Shown here: positions 60,175-64,000 of the stretch, one piece after another
Layout of the letters: the number at the start of each line of letters is the position of its first letter
Numbering within the stretch: the stretch's first letter is position 1
Notes under the pieces: generated by a model
Database searches by the model: none
Told to the model about the DNA's origin: nothing
What the model saw: only the letters and a program-made list of their open reading frames with translations
From: Antedon mediterranea
Taxonomy: Eukaryota > Animalia > Echinodermata
Assembly (NCBI RefSeq): GCF_964355755.1
Contig: NC_092677.1
Span: 5,540,101-5,604,100 of the forward strand
Reading direction: 5' to 3'
Length of the DNA: 64,000 bases
Translations under genes and position numbers: made by a program

Positions 60175-60650
60175 GGAGAGGGGATGTAAGGACACGAGGA
60201 AGGAAATTACCAAAATGTCAATGATACAACTTTACATATCATTTTTTTAATTTATTTTTATTACATTTTAAGGCTGGAGTATGGATGTATGTATCGGTGT
60301 AACCTTGGAATTTATTATTACTAGCATGAAATAGCATTAATAGCTTTGTTGTTCATTTGTATCATGATAATTATGTTGTCACAAAATTGTTGAAGTGACT
60401 ATTATAAATTATATTTTATTATTATAAGTATTATAATATAATTTTTATGATAGTCACTTTAACAATTTTTTGACAATATAGTTATCATGATACAAACGAA
60501 CAACACAGTTATTAAAGCCATCGTCATAACTGGCAAGGTTACACAGATACATACTACATACTGCAGTCATAAAATGTAATATTTGTTAAAATGATATGTA
60601 TCATTGAAATTCTGGTAATTTCCTTACTCGTGTCCTTACATCCCTCTCTC
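60175..60650. mobile_element. ~475-bp whole-length imperfect palindrome (foldback/MITE)
   Basis: gagaggggatgtaaggacacgaggaaggaaattacca / tggtaatttccttactcgtgtccttacatccctctctc; symmetry continues to a centre near 60420. Confidence 0.85.
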
Positions 60651-62954
60651 TTAAGTTGGATAATTATAGACTTTTGTAGATTAATTAGAGATAAAGGATT
60701 TTTGTAGTAGGGGAAGCCACATGCATCCTGTAGAGAATTCTCTTACCCTTCGGATTCTATGAATTGTCAATTCATAGTCTATTTTGGTTTCATAATGGGA
60801 ATCCAGTAGGCTACTTTTAATAGCATTCTTTTGTTTTAACATCGATGCGCGCGTGCATTTTTTAAGTGGAAGTCGAGGACTAAACTTTTCATAAGTTTTG
60901 ACCTTGCCTTTCGCACGAATAAAATACGTTAGTTACACGAAAAATACATATAAATACATCAGTACCCGCTGTATATATTTGACAATATTTATAATTTTGC
61001 ATTTATTACATTGTTGAAAAAAAGTTGTTGCTATCAATGAGTGAGATCAATCTTTCAAAATTCTTCTAAAACAAATTCTAACCATTGTACCATTTGTTGC
61101 GACAAAATTAGTGATGTTGGTTAAAAATCTTAAATCGTTCGTTTTCTTAGAAGCCATTTATTCCTAATCAATATATTATTATTATGTGTATGCTTTTGTT
61201 GAATTTGGTTTTGCATGGCTGTAGCACTGCTGCATTGGTGTTTTATTAAAATATACAATTTGTTCAGATACCAAATGTTATCAGTTCCAACACCCGCAAA
61301 CCAAATATAATTTTAATTAATTTGAAATCTACGGAAACGATCGACTCTTATTGGAGAGCAGGTCGAACGATGGCTAATCCAAAATGCTTAAACGGTCATA
61401 GATGATAAACAGGTACTGAATGAATTATTTTTGATTTTTACATTTTAACTTTTCTATTGTTATGGCCTATAATTTTTGCGCAAATTGTCTTTATTTAGTT
61501 TTTAATTTAGTACAGAAGTTTCATGTAAAATTTATATTTGGTTCATTTCAAACAATTACAAATCTGAAAATTTACAACCATTGCCAACTAAAAGTGAACC
61601 TAAAACGTGCTGTACTAAAATTTACTAACATGTAGGCTAAACCTGTTGTGTTATGCACGCACGTAATTATATATTGTAGTATTAGGCTTATTTATTGTTT
61701 TAACGATTTTATTCGAAATTATAGAATCATAGTATTGAAGTCTATCACAATAATTAAACTAGTCTATTAAAAAATGTACAACTTCCGTTAAAATAGTTCA
61801 ATTGGTTGAATTATGCACGCAATGGGGGTAATTACGGGGTATTAATAACAGCATACAAAAAGAATGAAACACATTATCTACTGTCTTTCGTTTTTTTACA
61901 TTTATTTGTACTTGAAGGTCGCATTGATAAAGCCCTTAATTAGCACTTCCGATTTTTACTTGTTACCGCCTTTTCGTGCCAACTTGTTCAAGAGTAAGAG
62001 ATTGTACTTGCGTATACAAAATTAATAATATTCATAAATGCCTATAATAGGTATCAACCCGGTGAGAGTGCATGTATAACAATGATTTAGAAAACTTGTA
62101 AAGCTGTAGGCCTAAGAAAGTGACCGATCATTTAATTCTTCAAGCATAGAACAGTACTACATTAGTAGAAGTCTCTCCCCCGGGATACTATGTTATTCAG
62201 GGGTACCATTATCTGTTAACACTTTCTCTTGAAATGAACGAGAGAACTCATATGTATTTGTTAACACTACGGCTAACCTCTTTTAAGGAACACTTTTAAT
62301 AATTGGTAACTTGGTTGCTGAAGGTATCCCCTTAATTGTACTGGAATTCCAAATTATTTAAGACCACCAACTTGATTGCTTCAATTAAACATAAGTAATT
62401 ACAACCGCAATTGCCGTTACCAATTGACATTTAACTGAAACAGATAAAATCAATTTCTTATTTGCTGTACTTTCTATTCAGAAAATTGTTGTTGTGCGTT
62501 GAATGTAATGTAGTCTACTTTTGAGGTGCATGTTGGGAAATACAGTGTAAGAAAATACATATTGAAATACTGTACCCCATATGTATATGTGACGTGTTGG
62601 TGCATTCGTGTATTTTGTACAATGCAGTACCCCACACTAGGCCTTCTATACAAAATGTTCGGACGTTAGACAAATATTATTGAGGATAACACCCCAGGAT
62701 ACAATTTGCATATATTAATTTTTGACAGCTAAATTATTATAATTTTAACGCTGAGCTTTGAATCATCAGTTCTTGTTCATGTAAACAAATAGTATCCTTT
62801 AATATTAATTATAAATTGAATAGGCTAGAATTTTAGTCTAAATAAATAATTACGTCGTTATTTTTTATGTTATTTAAACCCCACTTTGTAATGATAACAG
62901 TTTACCCACACTAATGTTTTAAAAATAGTTTGATTAGTGATATCATTCTTATAG

Positions 62955-63290
62955 CTCTGTTCACACTTGGACGCAACGCAATAACCTGACGTAAACGCAC
63001 AGTGAAGCGTGGTTCCCACTAGCGACGCAACGCAATGACGTAACGCAACGCAAGTGAATTGACCAATCACAAGCGATGGCTTATTCGATTGTGATTGCGA
63101 ACTGTCTATAACTAAGTTTGTCATTGGTTAAAACGCTTGCGTTGCGTTTACGTCCTTGCGTTACGTTCTAGTGGGAACCAAGCTTTAGTAATTTGAGCAA
63201 TCACAACGACACGCGGATCATCTGAAACACTGCTTACGTTGCGTCTGCGTATCGTTGTATTGAGTTCAAGCATGGGAACCAAGCTTTATT
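62955..63290. mobile_element. Nested palindromic MITEs with (acgca)n motifs; relatives near 47210-47345 and 34845-34900
   Basis: agcgtggttcccactagcgacgcaacgcaa / ttgcgttacgttctagtgggaaccaagct. Confidence 0.7.
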
Positions 63291-64000
63291 TAAATGTATT
63301 TAATATAACGTAGCGTACGTACATTTTACTTCCACAAGTGTAAGTTTATTTATATTTTCGATACACTGTATCTTTATAGGATGTCTGGTAATTAATTGCT
63401 TCCAATTATGATATTAGAAAATTTGATTAAGACCAGAATGACGGTTATTCATTAAACAGTTTTCAAATTTTCAAAAATATTTAGATTTACTTTTTAAATG
63501 ACAGCTTATAACTTAACATCGCGGAACACTGGATAAAAATATTTAGAAAACTGATTGATCTTGAAAAAAAAAGCGTTACTTAAAATGATCGCTAATTCTT
63601 TCAATTTAAATTGTTTCCGCATTCCACATACCAAGTTATTTATGGAAAAGGTATAAACGTTGAGACCACGGTAAACAAAAGTCAATTTTAACCACTGTAA
63701 TGACATATTGTCCTTCAGAACTGTGTAGAAACATTACTATTTTTTATATAAATTCCCAGCCATGGGGTTTTAATTTAACCATATTTTTTTTTTTTTTTTA
63801 TCTTTTGTGGTTAACTACCACCTTTATTCAACAATTACAGGATCTCATATATATATTTACATTATTTTCTTCATATTTTTTTGTTATGTTATCTATTACA
63901 AAATATATTGCATGTTTAATGAAAAAAGTTGTTTAGTTATGACACGTTTGTTAACTTATTTATCATAATTTGTGTATCTTTCAGTTTATATATTTGTATT

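Overview
AT-rich, intron-rich eukaryotic DNA, most likely from an invertebrate deuterostome (echinoderm-like; inferred from Deu/Nin-type SINE cores and the protein domain content). No prokaryotic features. Manual GT-AG splicing with phase checks gives four multi-exon genes for secreted or cell-surface proteins. Gene A (minus, 24920 to beyond the left edge, 31 exons visible) and its tandem paralog gene B (minus, 46826 to ~30760) encode mosaic lectin-like proteins: signal peptide, SRCR and EGF (A only), F5/8-type-C domains, Thr-rich linkers and EGFs. They also carry a nested module, present three times, in which a C-type-lectin-like domain is split by an uncharacterised ~180-aa domain that is itself split by an F-type (fucose) lectin domain. 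Gene C (plus, from 48050) is a chimeric Cys-rich/unknown-domain/Ig gene with a recently duplicated exon. Gene D (plus, from 56495) is a 3-Ig IgLON/lachesin-like gene. Introns hold an Academ-type element with a 30-bp minisatellite, Helentron-like elements, MITEs, SINEs, a probable solo LTR and two Penelope-type minimal hammerhead ribozyme motifs. Domain and TE family names come from recalled motifs, not database searches.
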